Below are positions 39,038 to 49,235 of a DNA stretch of 64,000 nt, in pieces (position 1 is the first letter of the stretch; each line of letters begins with the position of its first letter). Origin of the DNA: Planctomycetota bacterium (GTDB lineage Bacteria > Planctomycetota > MHYJ01 > JACQXL01 > JACRIJ01); assembly GCA_016220095.1 (NCBI GenBank), contig JACRIJ010000111.1:27748-91747 (forward strand), in the 5' to 3' direction. A model generated the notes under the pieces. That model had not been told where the DNA came from. It saw nothing but the letters and a program-made list of their open reading frames with translations, and ran no database searches. Both the position numbers and the translations under genes were made by a program.

Positions 39038-39481
39038 TCATTTTTCATTATTCATTTTAATCTTAAGCTGTTCTGTTCTTATCGCAATATCCAGCGCATT
39101 GGCAATACTATCCCTGCAATTTTCAAAGTGCGTTTTCGTCCATTTGCCGTTTTTCAAACGGTCTTCGGCATGCCTATTGAACATATCCAGGATTTTTTGC
39201 ATCTGGACCGCGGTTTCCGCGTTTAACGCTCCCTTGCCGTTTTCGTATTCATACATCTGTTCAAGCCGCAGACGCATGGCTTTAATGCCGTCCTTATCAA
39301 CCGCGGTCCGCCCAAAGGCATCGTACAGGCCGAGGATTTCCGGTTTTATATCGGTCAGGGACTTGTACGTGACGGGATCGTAATCCGCCAAAATGCCCGC
39401 ACAGCCGCACAGGCAGGCGAACAGGCATATTGCAACCAATTTATCATGCCGCAACATCGCAACCACTGTTAAACCTCTCAA
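39038..39481 (-). CDS. Hypothetical lipoprotein
   Basis: Lipobox LCGC; YDPVTYKSLT..K; YEYE..KG..N; start uncertain. Confidence 0.65.
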   Translation of the reverse strand: MRGLTVVAMLRHDKLVAICLFACLCGCAGILADYDPVTYKSLTDIKPEILGLYDAFGRTAVDKDGIKAMRLRLEQMYEYENGKGALNAETAVQMQKILDMFNRHAEDRLKNGKWTKTHFENCRDSIANALDIAIRTEQLKIKMNNEK

Positions 39482-39734
39482 AAATACAAAAATATTATAC
39501 GCTTTTAAGGCCTGATTGTCAAAGGAAAATCATCCGAAAATTTATTGAAGCTCCCTGTAGCAAGTCTTCGGCGAGCTCAGCCGAGCCGCTGCAGGGAAGT
39601 CGCAGGCAATGACGATTAAAATGCACAATGATTACGGTAGGGACAGAATAATATTCTAATTTGTTTTTTCTTGACCTTTCACTGCCTGCAAGTTAAAATA
39701 TCCCTGTCTTTTGCTTTATAAGGATACAGGGATT

Positions 39735-40748
39735 ATGAGTAAGAAATTCATTTTCGTCTTTTGCGGTTTCCTGCTGGCGTCTTTTTTCTCCGGAACGGTT
39801 TTAGCCGGCGAAAATTCCGCCAACCCGGAACAACCATCATACCGCCGGCTCCTGGACAAACTGTATTTCGCGGAAAAATCTTCGGAAAACCCGGACATTG
39901 AATTGAAAGAACGCGACCGCGAGCCGCCGCCGCGACCGAGTCCGCCGCCGCACAGGTCGCCGCAGGATACGCCCAAGGCGGAACCTTCCCCAAAAAAAGG
40001 CCGGCTTGAATCATTTGAACAGCCCTACAGCGAAAGCAAATCCAAAAAGAAACGGCATAAAGACAATGACGATGATGATGACAATAATTCCTGGCCGGAT
40101 TTTGTCTGTTCATGCGCGTCGGAGATCAATCTTATAGACCTTTTATTCCCGACAGAAGACGAGGACACAATCCAGTTTAACCAGGAAATTGAAACCGTTC
40201 CTGCCGCACCAGCGGAATCGCCATCCGTACCCGAAGAAGATTACAGCGAAAGCCCGGGCATAGGTTCGCACCTGGAAGCCAATTTCATAGACATTGACAA
40301 CAATCTCTGGGCGTACAATTACATCCTTGAATGGCGCGCGCACCTTGTCAACGTTGAATTCAGCCTCACTCAATACGTAGAGGATATCGGCAACAGGACG
40401 GACCACCTTGATTTCGGCAAGTTTATCGTAAGCACCAATATGCTCCGCAACAATAAAAACAAGGATTTCTCCCTGGACATAGGCGCCGGGATTGCCGGCC
40501 TGTCCGGAGAAGACGATTTCTATGGCGCGGCGCTCGAGCTTAACGCAAAGATGTTCGTCCAGCCCAAATATTCGCTTTCCCTGTCAGGCACTTACGCCTA
40601 TATTGATTCAAACAACACGTTTGAACTTGACGCTAAACTCGGAGTTTTCTTAAGGCATCTTCAGCTGACAGGCGGCTACCATACGCTTATATCCGAGCAG
40701 GATTCGCTACACGGCCCTGAAATCGGATTGGCTATCTGGTTCTGGTAA
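39735..40748 (+). CDS. Secreted protein, probable small outer-membrane beta-barrel with disordered N-terminus
   Basis: Signal peptide; Pro/acidic region; alternating beta-strand pattern; aromatic C-terminus GPEIGLAIWFW. Confidence 0.6.
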   Translation: MSKKFIFVFCGFLLASFFSGTVLAGENSANPEQPSYRRLLDKLYFAEKSSENPDIELKERDREPPPRPSPPPHRSPQDTPKAEPSPKKGRLESFEQPYSESKSKKKRHKDNDDDDDNNSWPDFVCSCASEINLIDLLFPTEDEDTIQFNQEIETVPAAPAESPSVPEEDYSESPGIGSHLEANFIDIDNNLWAYNYILEWRAHLVNVEFSLTQYVEDIGNRTDHLDFGKFIVSTNMLRNNKNKDFSLDIGAGIAGLSGEDDFYGAALELNAKMFVQPKYSLSLSGTYAYIDSNNTFELDAKLGVFLRHLQLTGGYHTLISEQDSLHGPEIGLAIWFW

Positions 40749-40768
40749 ACCACGCAATTGGAATATTT

Positions 40769-42514
40769 ATGGCAACTGTAAATTACAGAAACATGAAAAT
40801 CGGCCAAATACTCATGGCCCACAAGGCGGTTACGCAGGAACAACTGCGCGACGCGCTTGCCGAACAGCAGAAGACGCCCGAAAAACGCATCGGGCAGATA
40901 TTCGTGGAAAAAGGCATCCTGACGCCCATACACATCGCAAAGGCCCTGGCGCTCCAGCACGGACTGCAATTCGTTAATCTTTCCAATTACGCTATACCAC
41001 CTGAAATGCTGGACGTCTTTCCCAAAGAAGTCATCCGACAATATACCATTTTGCCTTTGAAAAAAACCGACAAGAAAATATGGATTGCCATAGACGAGCC
41101 GAGCGACATTATTACGATTTCCGACAATATAGGATTCCTGCTCGGAAGAGACGTGGAATGCGTGATGTCGGCCACGCCGGACCTTGAAGCCGCCATCAAA
41201 AAGACCCTTGGCGAAGAAGAAACCTCGCTCCCCACGGATGATTACGAGGCCGCCCTGCAGGGTTACGACGGCGGCGAACTTGACATTGATTATACGGCGG
41301 AACACGCCGACAAAGAAGGCGTTTCGGCAGACGAAGCGCCTGTGATAAATCTCGTGACGAAACTCATTGTGGAAGCGGTAAAAATGCGCACGAGCGATAT
41401 TCACATTGAACCGATGGAAAAAAAATTGCGCATCCGTTACAGGATTGACGGCATATGCAAAGAAATGCCTTCTCCGCCGAAACAGTTGCAGGGCTCACTG
41501 CTTTCCAGGGTAAAGCTTATGGCCGGCATGAATATCGCGGAAAAAAGGGTTCCGCAGGACGGCAGAATCGCCATAAAAATACTCGGCAAGGAGCTTGACC
41601 TGCGCGTCTCGGCCCTGCCCGCACAGCACGGCGAGAGCATCGTAATGAGAATTCTTGATAAGCAATTGGGCCTCGTGTCCCTGGAAGACCTGGGATTCCA
41701 TCCCGATGATTATAGAAAGTTCAGGCAGATTATAAAAAAACCCAACGGCATCTTCCTTGTCACAGGCCCTACCGGAAGCGGAAAAACCACAACCCTGTAC
41801 GCGGCCCTGAAAGAACTTAACAAACCCAATGTCAAAATTATAACCGCGGAGAACCCCGTTGAATACGTCATATCCGGATTAAACCAATCGCAGGTGAAAA
41901 CCCAGATAGGAATGACTTTTGCGAAAATCATACGCGCCATGCTCAGGCAATCGCCGAATATAATACTCGTCGGTGAAATCCGCGACCCGGAAACCGCTGA
42001 AATAGCCGTTCAGGCCGCCCTTACGGGCCACCTCGTATTCAGCACCATCCATACAAATGACGCGCCTTCAACAATCGCAAGATTGCTTGACATAGGGGTC
42101 AAACCCTTCCTCGCCGCGTCTTCCATACAGGCAATTATGTCCCAGCGCCTCGTAAGAGTGCTCTGCCCTGCCTGCAGAAAACCTTATATGCCTTCAGCCT
42201 CGGAATTAGCCACCGTTAATTTGACCCTGAAAGACACGGAAGGAAAAACTCTTTATAAGCCCGGCGGCTGTGAACAGTGCAATAACCACGGGTTCAAGGG
42301 AAGGAAAGGACTGTTTGAACTCATGGAAATGAGCACGACATTGCGTGAAATGGCGTTCCGCAAGGAGCCGACAAACGTAATACGCGAACAGGCCCGCAAA
42401 GAAGGCATGGTAACCCTGCTTGAAGACGGCAGGAGAAAAATACTTGAAGGCATCACGACAGTGCAGGAGGTCCTCAGCCTGGCCAAACGCGAAGACCTTA
42501 CGTACAGCAAATAA
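40769..42514 (+). CDS. pilB: Type IV pilus assembly ATPase PilB/GspE with MshEN-like N-terminus
   Basis: KIGQILM...RIGQIFV..G; SDIHIEP; PQDGR; GPTGSGKTTT; GEIRD; TGHLV; CxxC pairs. Confidence 0.88.
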   Translation: MATVNYRNMKIGQILMAHKAVTQEQLRDALAEQQKTPEKRIGQIFVEKGILTPIHIAKALALQHGLQFVNLSNYAIPPEMLDVFPKEVIRQYTILPLKKTDKKIWIAIDEPSDIITISDNIGFLLGRDVECVMSATPDLEAAIKKTLGEEETSLPTDDYEAALQGYDGGELDIDYTAEHADKEGVSADEAPVINLVTKLIVEAVKMRTSDIHIEPMEKKLRIRYRIDGICKEMPSPPKQLQGSLLSRVKLMAGMNIAEKRVPQDGRIAIKILGKELDLRVSALPAQHGESIVMRILDKQLGLVSLEDLGFHPDDYRKFRQIIKKPNGIFLVTGPTGSGKTTTLYAALKELNKPNVKIITAENPVEYVISGLNQSQVKTQIGMTFAKIIRAMLRQSPNIILVGEIRDPETAEIAVQAALTGHLVFSTIHTNDAPSTIARLLDIGVKPFLAASSIQAIMSQRLVRVLCPACRKPYMPSASELATVNLTLKDTEGKTLYKPGGCEQCNNHGFKGRKGLFELMEMSTTLREMAFRKEPTNVIREQARKEGMVTLLEDGRRKILEGITTVQEVLSLAKREDLTYSK

Positions 42515-42535
42515 TCACATTTTCGGAGAAAAAAT

Positions 42536-43615
42536 ATGGCTATTGAGCTTTCCAAACTTCTTTCCGTAACAATTGAAAAAAACGCATCCGACATACATCT
42601 TGACGTGGGCAGGCCTCCCACACTGCGCCTGCACGGAAGATTGCGGCCCCTTAACATCCCCGTGCTCCAGCCGCAGGATACCGAGGCTTATGTAAAAGAA
42701 ATATTGCCGGAAAGGTGCAAAAAGGACCTCGAAGAAAACGGCGGCGCGGATTTCGGGTTTGCCTTTGAAACAAAGGCGCGCTTCAGGTCCAGCGCGTTCA
42801 AACAAAAAGGCTGTTACGGGCTCGCCCTCAGGCTCATACCGTCTAAACTCCTTACCTTTGAACAAATCGGGCTTCCCGAAGCGGTAAGGCCTCTGCTTAC
42901 AAGGCCGCGCGGATTGATACTCGTCACAGGCCCTACCGGAAGCGGCAAAACTACTACGCTTGCGACAATGATAGACACGATAAATACTGAGCGCGACTGC
43001 CATATTGTCACGATAGAAGATCCCGTTGAATATTACCATGAACACAAAATGTCCATCATAACCCAGAGGGAACTCGGCGCGGATGTAAGCTCGTTCGCGG
43101 AAGGATTGCGCAGGGCGCTGAGGATGGACCCCGACGTCATACTCGTCGGCGAAATGAGAGACCTTGAAACAATTTCCACTGCCATAACTGCCGCGGAAAC
43201 CGGCCACCTCGTGTTCGGCACCCTGCACACTACCGGTTCGGCAAGGACTATAAACAGGATTATTGACGCCTTCCCGCAGGAACAGCAGGAACAGATACGG
43301 GCACAGCTGTCCACGTCCGTAATCGCGGTCATATCCCAGATGCTCCTGCCGCGGGCTGACGATTCAGGCATAGTGGCCGCCTTTGAAGTAATGCTCATGA
43401 CGCCCGCAATACAAAATAATATCCGTGAAAACCAGACGCATAAGATAGTCTCGGCCATTCAGACCGGCGGCAATAAAGGCATGGTCATGTTGGATGATTA
43501 CCTGCTGATGCTCTACAGGCAGAAGAAAATCTCTTATGATGACATGTTTGAAGCCGCGCAGGACCAGGAAGAAATAGTCTCTAAACTTAACGACCATCAG
43601 TCGCCTAAACGATAA
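42536..43615 (+). CDS. pilT: Type IV pilus retraction ATPase
   Basis: ASDIHL, GPTGSGKTTTLA, IEDPVE, ALRMDPDVILVGEMRD, AIQNNIRE. Confidence 0.93.
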   Translation: MAIELSKLLSVTIEKNASDIHLDVGRPPTLRLHGRLRPLNIPVLQPQDTEAYVKEILPERCKKDLEENGGADFGFAFETKARFRSSAFKQKGCYGLALRLIPSKLLTFEQIGLPEAVRPLLTRPRGLILVTGPTGSGKTTTLATMIDTINTERDCHIVTIEDPVEYYHEHKMSIITQRELGADVSSFAEGLRRALRMDPDVILVGEMRDLETISTAITAAETGHLVFGTLHTTGSARTINRIIDAFPQEQQEQIRAQLSTSVIAVISQMLLPRADDSGIVAAFEVMLMTPAIQNNIRENQTHKIVSAIQTGGNKGMVMLDDYLLMLYRQKKISYDDMFEAAQDQEEIVSKLNDHQSPKR

Positions 43616-43783
43616 CGAATCTCTAAATAATATTGATGCAATTAAATTCGTGACCCGTGGCCCGTTTCCCGGGTTCCGTCTTTACAAAGGGTGATAGGGT
43701 GAAAGAATGATAGAGTGTTCGTTTAGAAACATTCTATCATTCTTTCGTCCCGTCCTTCATACTTCATTTTTCATTCTTCCTCC

Positions 43784-44188
43784 TCAGTTATCGAGCGTCT
43801 TGCGCACTCTTTTCAGGACATCGTCCAATACATACGGCTTTTGAATAAAATCCTTCACGCCAAGCTCAAGAAGCCGGGATTTCAAATCAATTTCAAAGTA
43901 TCCGCTCGCGATAACGACCTTTAACCCGGGATTCAGCGTCTTCAACACCGATATCAGTCCGGCGCCGTCAAGCTTGGGCATGCCCATATCAGTCAACACC
44001 ATCGCAATTTCTTCCATGTGCCGCGTATAGACGTCCACCGCTTCTCTGCCGTCTCCTGCAGTCAATACCTTGTAGGTTGTAAAAAACGGTTCAAAAATGC
44101 GGCTCTTCAGGTTTTCATCCATGCCAATGCCCGTATCTGATACGGAAACGGCAACACTGCTGTTTTTTCTTGACTTTTCTATCTGCAT
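43784..44188 (-). pseudogene. Internally deleted hybrid-kinase remnant (HATPase fragment fused to a partial receiver domain)
   Basis: VSDTGIGM...IFEPFFTT joined directly to YKVLTAGDG...LTDMGMP...KPY; lacks the G2 box and the receiver N-terminus. Confidence 0.7.
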
Positions 44189-44227
44189 ATATTATAATAT
44201 TGTAATGTATGAATTTAAGAGGCTTAT

Positions 44228-44554
44228 ATGAAAAACATTGATGGCCAACTGTACGAACTGCACGCGGAAATGTGCAAGGTGTTTACCTCCGCGAAGAGGC
44301 TGGAAGTTATTAATGCCCTGCGCAACGGGGAAAAATCCGTCGGCATTCTTGTAAAAGAACTGCGGATATCCCAGGCCAACCTTTCCCAGCACCTCGGCAT
44401 CCTGCGCGAAAAAGGCGTTGTCAAGACACGGCGCGAGGGAACGACGGTTTTTTACTCCCTTGCCTTCCCGAAAATAATCAAGGCGTTTGACATCATCCGC
44501 GAAATGCTGATGGAACGCATCGCGCGCGCGGGAAGAATGGCTGTCAGGCTGTGA
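44228..44554 (+). CDS. ArsR/SmtB-family regulator (BigR/HlyU-like)
   Basis: AEMCKVFTSAKRLEVI, SQANLSQHLGILR, RREGTTVFYSL. Confidence 0.9.
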   Translation: MKNIDGQLYELHAEMCKVFTSAKRLEVINALRNGEKSVGILVKELRISQANLSQHLGILREKGVVKTRREGTTVFYSLAFPKIIKAFDIIREMLMERIARAGRMAVRL

Positions 44555-44567
44555 TCAATCGCGGCTC

Positions 44568-45266
44568 ATGAATAACAACGCAAATCTTAAATTTCCGGAG
44601 GGTTTTATGGCTGTTAAAAATGAATTCGCCCGATCAAGACTGCGCAGGCAGGTTTTTTTTGCCTTTGTATTCCTCGCAATACTCGCCGCCGGATGGTTTT
44701 ACCCCCTTCTGGGATTCTTCATTCCGGCCTGCATGGTGCTCGGCATAGGCATCGCGCTCTTCCGCGGCCGCAAATGGTGCGACTGGTTCTGCCCGCGCGG
44801 AAGTTTTTTTGACGCGTTGATGAAACCGGTCAGTCCGTTGAAAAAAATACCCGGCTTTTTCAAAGGCCTGCCCTTCAGGATTGGCGTTATTGCCTTTTTA
44901 ATGGGCATGATGACGTTGCAGATAACGCTCCGTTGGCCGGACCCGGGCAGGATCGGAATGTTTTTCATAATACTTCTGTCCGTAACAACTGCCATAGGAA
45001 TTATCCTGGCATTTGCCGTGCACCCGAGAACGTGGTGCAGTTTCTGTCCTATAGGCTCGATGAATAACTGGGTTGACCGCCAGAATTATCTGTTGAAAAT
45101 TGACGGAGCATCGTGCACGAAGTGCGCCCTTTGCGCAAAAGTCTGCCCTGTTCAGGTAACGCCCTATGATTTCAGGCAGGAAACCAAATCGCCGATAACG
45201 GACCGCGACTGCCTGCGGTGCGGGCTGTGCGTATCCTCGTGCCCCAAAAAGGCGCTGGAATTATAA
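44568..45266 (+). CDS. Membrane 4Fe-4S-binding protein (NapH/RdxA-like)
   Basis: TM helices; two WCxxxCP motifs; CxxCxxCxxxCP twice. Confidence 0.85.
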   Translation: MNNNANLKFPEGFMAVKNEFARSRLRRQVFFAFVFLAILAAGWFYPLLGFFIPACMVLGIGIALFRGRKWCDWFCPRGSFFDALMKPVSPLKKIPGFFKGLPFRIGVIAFLMGMMTLQITLRWPDPGRIGMFFIILLSVTTAIGIILAFAVHPRTWCSFCPIGSMNNWVDRQNYLLKIDGASCTKCALCAKVCPVQVTPYDFRQETKSPITDRDCLRCGLCVSSCPKKALEL

Positions 45267-45503
45267 AGCAAACCGCTTCCGGCGATTCGTCCGGAATGCC
45301 GTTAACAATGTTTTTATGTTCTCTTTATAATTTATTAACGAACATCTGTTAAATTGCGCAGTGTTACGCTGTTGCCATTCGGTCCCCGGATCCCGGGCAT
45401 CGGATCCCGGATTGCCGGTTTTTCTTGATTTTTTTCGATAAATCCGTATGATTTGTAATTATTACAAATTCATAAACATTATAAATTGTTAGGAGATTAC
45501 TAT

Positions 45504-46682
45504 ATGCGTAAAGTTTTTGTTTTTTCCGTATTCGCGGCGGTTTTCGGGTTGTTTTTTATCCGCGCAGCGTCCGCGCAGGAGGAATTCAAGCCCTCCGTTG
45601 ATTTCAAGGGTTCGTGGCTCGCCGCGGGCTATCTTGACACCGGCAACCAGGGTACTTACCCGGACGGTTCGTTCCAGGCGCCTGCAATGCGGTTAAAAAC
45701 CAATATCGGCGTCGCGCCCGACGCAAAAATCGTCCTGCGCATGAACCTTGACAACGCGGCATTCAACGGGTTTGATTTCATGATGCTGGAATACATGGGC
45801 ATCCTCGGAAGCGTCTCGCCTTCCTTCAAAGACAGCGCATTCAATCCTAACCTGCGCATAGGACGTTTCAAATTGGATATGGGCGAAGAAACCATAGCCA
45901 ACAATCCCGTTGACGGCGCGCTTATATCCGCATCCGCGGGAAACATGACGGGCTTTGACGAAGGCCTTATGCTTTTCCAGAGCCTGCCCAAAGAAAGGGC
46001 CGGCATCCCGCTGAAATGGTCTTTTACAATAGCCAACGGCAACAAGGGGGCCGGGGCGGACAATGAACAGGCCAAATCCATGCTCTTAAAAGTCGGCGTG
46101 AATCCGCTGGAATCCCTGTACATGTCCATGTCTTACTATAACTCGGGAGATATCGGAACCGCTTCCACGGATATCACTTTTGCCGGACTTGGCACAGGGC
46201 CGGCCAATGCCACTGAATGGGACAGAACGGTATTTGAATTTGACGTGCGGTACGATTTCATGCCCGGGCCTAAGGAAAAACGGCTTGAACCCGGGGCCAC
46301 GGCATTTTCCGACAGCAAGGCATTCGTACGACTAGCGTACGGCATGTTCACGGACGACGGCTCGGACAAGGCCGCGCCTGTTGTCAGCGTAACCGACCGC
46401 GACGGAAATTACATGTATCTTGACGGCGTGTATAACGCGACGGACAAGATATACCTCGCCGCGCGCTACAGTTTTATCGGATTTGACGAAAGCTCTTTAT
46501 ACGATTCATTGAACGGCGTAACGGCAAATAAATATACCCGCATATCGCTTGGCATCGGATACCGCCTGTCCGACAACGTCCATGTAAAAACCGAATTCAC
46601 ATCAAATTCCGAAGACGTCCCGGCAGGTACGGATGAACCGGAAAATAACCAGATTGGATTATTGTTCACGGCAAGGTTTTAA
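45504..46682 (+). CDS. Outer-membrane porin (OprO/OprP-like fold)
   Basis: Signal peptide; LRIGRFKLDMGEE; amphipathic strands; C-terminal Phe; AGGAG SD. Confidence 0.7.
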   Translation: MRKVFVFSVFAAVFGLFFIRAASAQEEFKPSVDFKGSWLAAGYLDTGNQGTYPDGSFQAPAMRLKTNIGVAPDAKIVLRMNLDNAAFNGFDFMMLEYMGILGSVSPSFKDSAFNPNLRIGRFKLDMGEETIANNPVDGALISASAGNMTGFDEGLMLFQSLPKERAGIPLKWSFTIANGNKGAGADNEQAKSMLLKVGVNPLESLYMSMSYYNSGDIGTASTDITFAGLGTGPANATEWDRTVFEFDVRYDFMPGPKEKRLEPGATAFSDSKAFVRLAYGMFTDDGSDKAAPVVSVTDRDGNYMYLDGVYNATDKIYLAARYSFIGFDESSLYDSLNGVTANKYTRISLGIGYRLSDNVHVKTEFTSNSEDVPAGTDEPENNQIGLLFTARF

Positions 46683-46790
46683 TTCAACATTTATTATCTT
46701 GCAGAGGCGCTATATACGGCGTCTCTGCTTTGTTTCCAAGAATTTCATTAGTCTGCGATTTTGTTTTTCGTTCCAGGAACAATCTTTCTT

Positions 46791-47543
46791 TTATAAAGCA
46801 TTTAATAACCGCAGATAATCCCTCATTGATTCATACACCATAGCCGAAATAAGATTAATAAAAGGCGCATCAGTTTGGGGAGCAGTCTGCGTTTTCTTAA
46901 TCGCGTTAATATTGTCATTTCGCAAAATCGGAGGAATAATAGCTATCACATAGCCACACTGCAAAAGAGCCAGATTCATTAACAACCGCGCCGTTCGGCC
47001 ATTGCCGTCCACAAACGGATGAATCGCGACCAGCTCCTTGTGTAATATCGCGGCAAATTCCACCGGATGGAGTTTTTTTCTCATCCCGGGTATTTTTGAA
47101 ACAAATTCTTTCATCAGTCTGGGAATTCTTGCCGGCGCCGGCGGCACAAATTCCGTCCCGGTGATAATCACCTTCACCTTCCGGTAATGCCCGGCATTTG
47201 CCTCGTCAATCCGATAATAAAACAGCCGGTGCAGTTCCATAATATCCTTTTCGACGATTTCCTTATTAGTGGCCAACCGATACAGTAAATCGTATGCCTC
47301 GCTATGGCCTATTGCTTCATAGTGGTCCTTTATGGGTTTTCCGCCGATGGTAATGCCGTCCTCCAGGACGATTTTGGTTTCGGTTTCGGTCAAGGAATTT
47401 CCCTCCAGGGCATTGCTGGAGTAGGTCAAACCGATACGATAGTATTCCTTTAGTTGTTTTAGCGTATGTTTATCAAACGGCCTGCGTTTATCCGTTTTTT
47501 TCTTCAGTTCATCTATTTCTTTTATTTTGTTTTCGTATGTCAT
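46791..47543 (-). CDS. Fic-family protein (class II, intact)
   Basis: SNALEGN inhibitory motif; HPFVDGNGRTAR. Confidence 0.92.
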   Translation of the reverse strand: MTYENKIKEIDELKKKTDKRRPFDKHTLKQLKEYYRIGLTYSSNALEGNSLTETETKIVLEDGITIGGKPIKDHYEAIGHSEAYDLLYRLATNKEIVEKDIMELHRLFYYRIDEANAGHYRKVKVIITGTEFVPPAPARIPRLMKEFVSKIPGMRKKLHPVEFAAILHKELVAIHPFVDGNGRTARLLMNLALLQCGYVIAIIPPILRNDNINAIKKTQTAPQTDAPFINLISAMVYESMRDYLRLLNAL

Positions 47544-47724
47544 TTTTTACTCCTTTCCATGTATTATCAGCTCTTTTTTTTAAGGTCGCTAATTGCAACC
47601 TTAAAGCGGACATCTGCATGAATCAAGTCTGATTTGGAGACGTCAAAATGCCGTCTCAAAACATAAATATAACAATAATAAGGATAAATAACAAATAAAA
47701 ATATTCATTCAAAGCGTTGCAGGG

Positions 47725-47869
47725 TTGCAGGGACAGGACACTCAGACTGTGTCATAATTGCTAAAAATGCCATTTTTGCGAAAATATTGCAAGCATTTAT
47801 GCTGGTTTGCGGGCGGTGAAAATGTTAAAAACCTAATTGTGACACGGTCTGGACGCCCTGTCCCTGCAA
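47725..47869. mobile_element. About 108-bp MITE (CAGACTGTGTCATAATT...AATTGTGACACGGTCTG) nested in a REP-like palindrome
   Basis: Inner inverted repeat 47743-47759/47835-47851; outer inverted repeat TTGCAGGGACAGG/CCTGTCCCTGCAA. Confidence 0.65.
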
Positions 47870-47955
47870 AATGCTAAATGTAATTTTAAAAATGTTTGCT
47901 TTAACCGTCTTTTATGCTAAAATCTTTACTGCATCTGTTTTAAGGAATTTTACTT

Positions 47956-48468
47956 ATGGACCTGAAAAAATACATCCGCGACATACCGGATTTTCCGAAA
48001 AAGGGTATCGTCTTCAAGGACATTACGCCGCTCCTGTCCAATCCCGGGGCATTTGAATTTGCCGCAAAAAAAATTGCCGGCAAATACAGGAATTCTAAAA
48101 TAGCCGGCGTGGTGGGAATTGAATCGCGCGGTTTTATCATAGGGAGCGTCGTCGCCTGCCTTCTCGGCGCCGGATTCATACCCGTCCGCAAGAAAGGCAA
48201 ATTGCCTTACAAAACAAGGTGTGCGTCTTACGGCCTTGAATACGGCACGGACAGCATAGAAATCCACGAAGACGCCGTTAAAAAAGGCAAAAACTATTTG
48301 TTGGTTGACGACCTTCTCGCCACAGGCGGCACTATGGCCGCGTGCTGCGGACTCGTGGAATGCCTGGGCGGCAAGGTGCTCGCGTGCCAGTTCGTCATCG
48401 AATTATCATTCCTTAAAGGCCGGGATAAATTGAAGAACTATAAAACGAATTCATTGATAATATATTAG
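47956..48468 (+). CDS. apt: Adenine phosphoribosyltransferase
   Basis: PDFPKKGIVFKDIT, ESRGF, RKKGKLP, YGLEYG, VDDLLATGGT. Confidence 0.98.
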   Translation: MDLKKYIRDIPDFPKKGIVFKDITPLLSNPGAFEFAAKKIAGKYRNSKIAGVVGIESRGFIIGSVVACLLGAGFIPVRKKGKLPYKTRCASYGLEYGTDSIEIHEDAVKKGKNYLLVDDLLATGGTMAACCGLVECLGGKVLACQFVIELSFLKGRDKLKNYKTNSLIIY

Positions 48469-48535
48469 TGGCCGGCAGTCGGTGATCGTGCAGTCGCAGG
48501 TTGAGGCCTGCGGTTAGTGAATAGTTAATAAAACT

Positions 48536-49039
48536 ATGTCTAAAGAATCAACGCTCAAAAAAATTAAGGACGATATCGCCCGCGGTGATCTCGGAAAGGC
48601 GCGCGACAGACTGCACGGCCTGATTCATGCATATCCCGACGACCCCAAGTTGCGAATACTGCTTGGTGAAATCTATCATAATTTACAATTCCCCGCAATG
48701 GCCGGAAGGTATTGGTATCTTGAAGAAAACAAAACCCCTGAAATGCAATCCGCCTGCGAGGCATTTGAGAAAGACCGCGGCATGGACCCGTTTCGTATAC
48801 TGGCCGCATTGCAATTCCGCGGTGATTATAAATGCCTGAATGAATTTGCCAGGACAAAAATCCACGCCCTTGAAAATGAAAGTTCAAAGAAACATATACG
48901 TGCGTCTGAACTTAAACCAGCCGGAAAACCGTCAAAACGAAAGAAGATTGTTGTGCCGGACTGGGCAAGTTCGGGATGTATGATATTGATTATTGTTATT
49001 TTGCTCCTGGCCATAATCGGTTTTATTTCGCTGTTCTGA
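48536..49039 (+). CDS. Hypothetical protein with C-terminal TM helix (DUF6584-like)
   Basis: GDLGKARDRLHGLI..YP, AGRYWYL. Confidence 0.7.
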   Translation: MSKESTLKKIKDDIARGDLGKARDRLHGLIHAYPDDPKLRILLGEIYHNLQFPAMAGRYWYLEENKTPEMQSACEAFEKDRGMDPFRILAALQFRGDYKCLNEFARTKIHALENESSKKHIRASELKPAGKPSKRKKIVVPDWASSGCMILIIVILLLAIIGFISLF

Positions 49040-49235
49040 ACGACGTATGAACTAAAGAAACAGAAGCAGGAAATCCTCAAAATCTAAAAGTAATTCCTCA
49101 AGGCTCGCCCGCGCTACGCCTACAAGTTTCAATGCGGTCTTTTTGGAAGTGCCTGAAGCCATACAGCCCTCGACGATATTTGTGAGTCCTTGTATGTTTG
49201 TGATTTAGAAATGCAACAACTTTGTCGCAAAAGAT

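Noticed and set aside
45504-46682. MtrB partner for the multiheme cytochromes
   Set aside because: At about 390 aa it is much shorter than MtrB-type barrels, lies 14 kb away and looks OprO/P-like
47578-47662. Palindromes TTAAGGTCGC..GCAACCTTAA and GAGACG..CGTCTC upstream of fic
   Set aside because: Real short dyads, but no function can be assigned from the sequence alone
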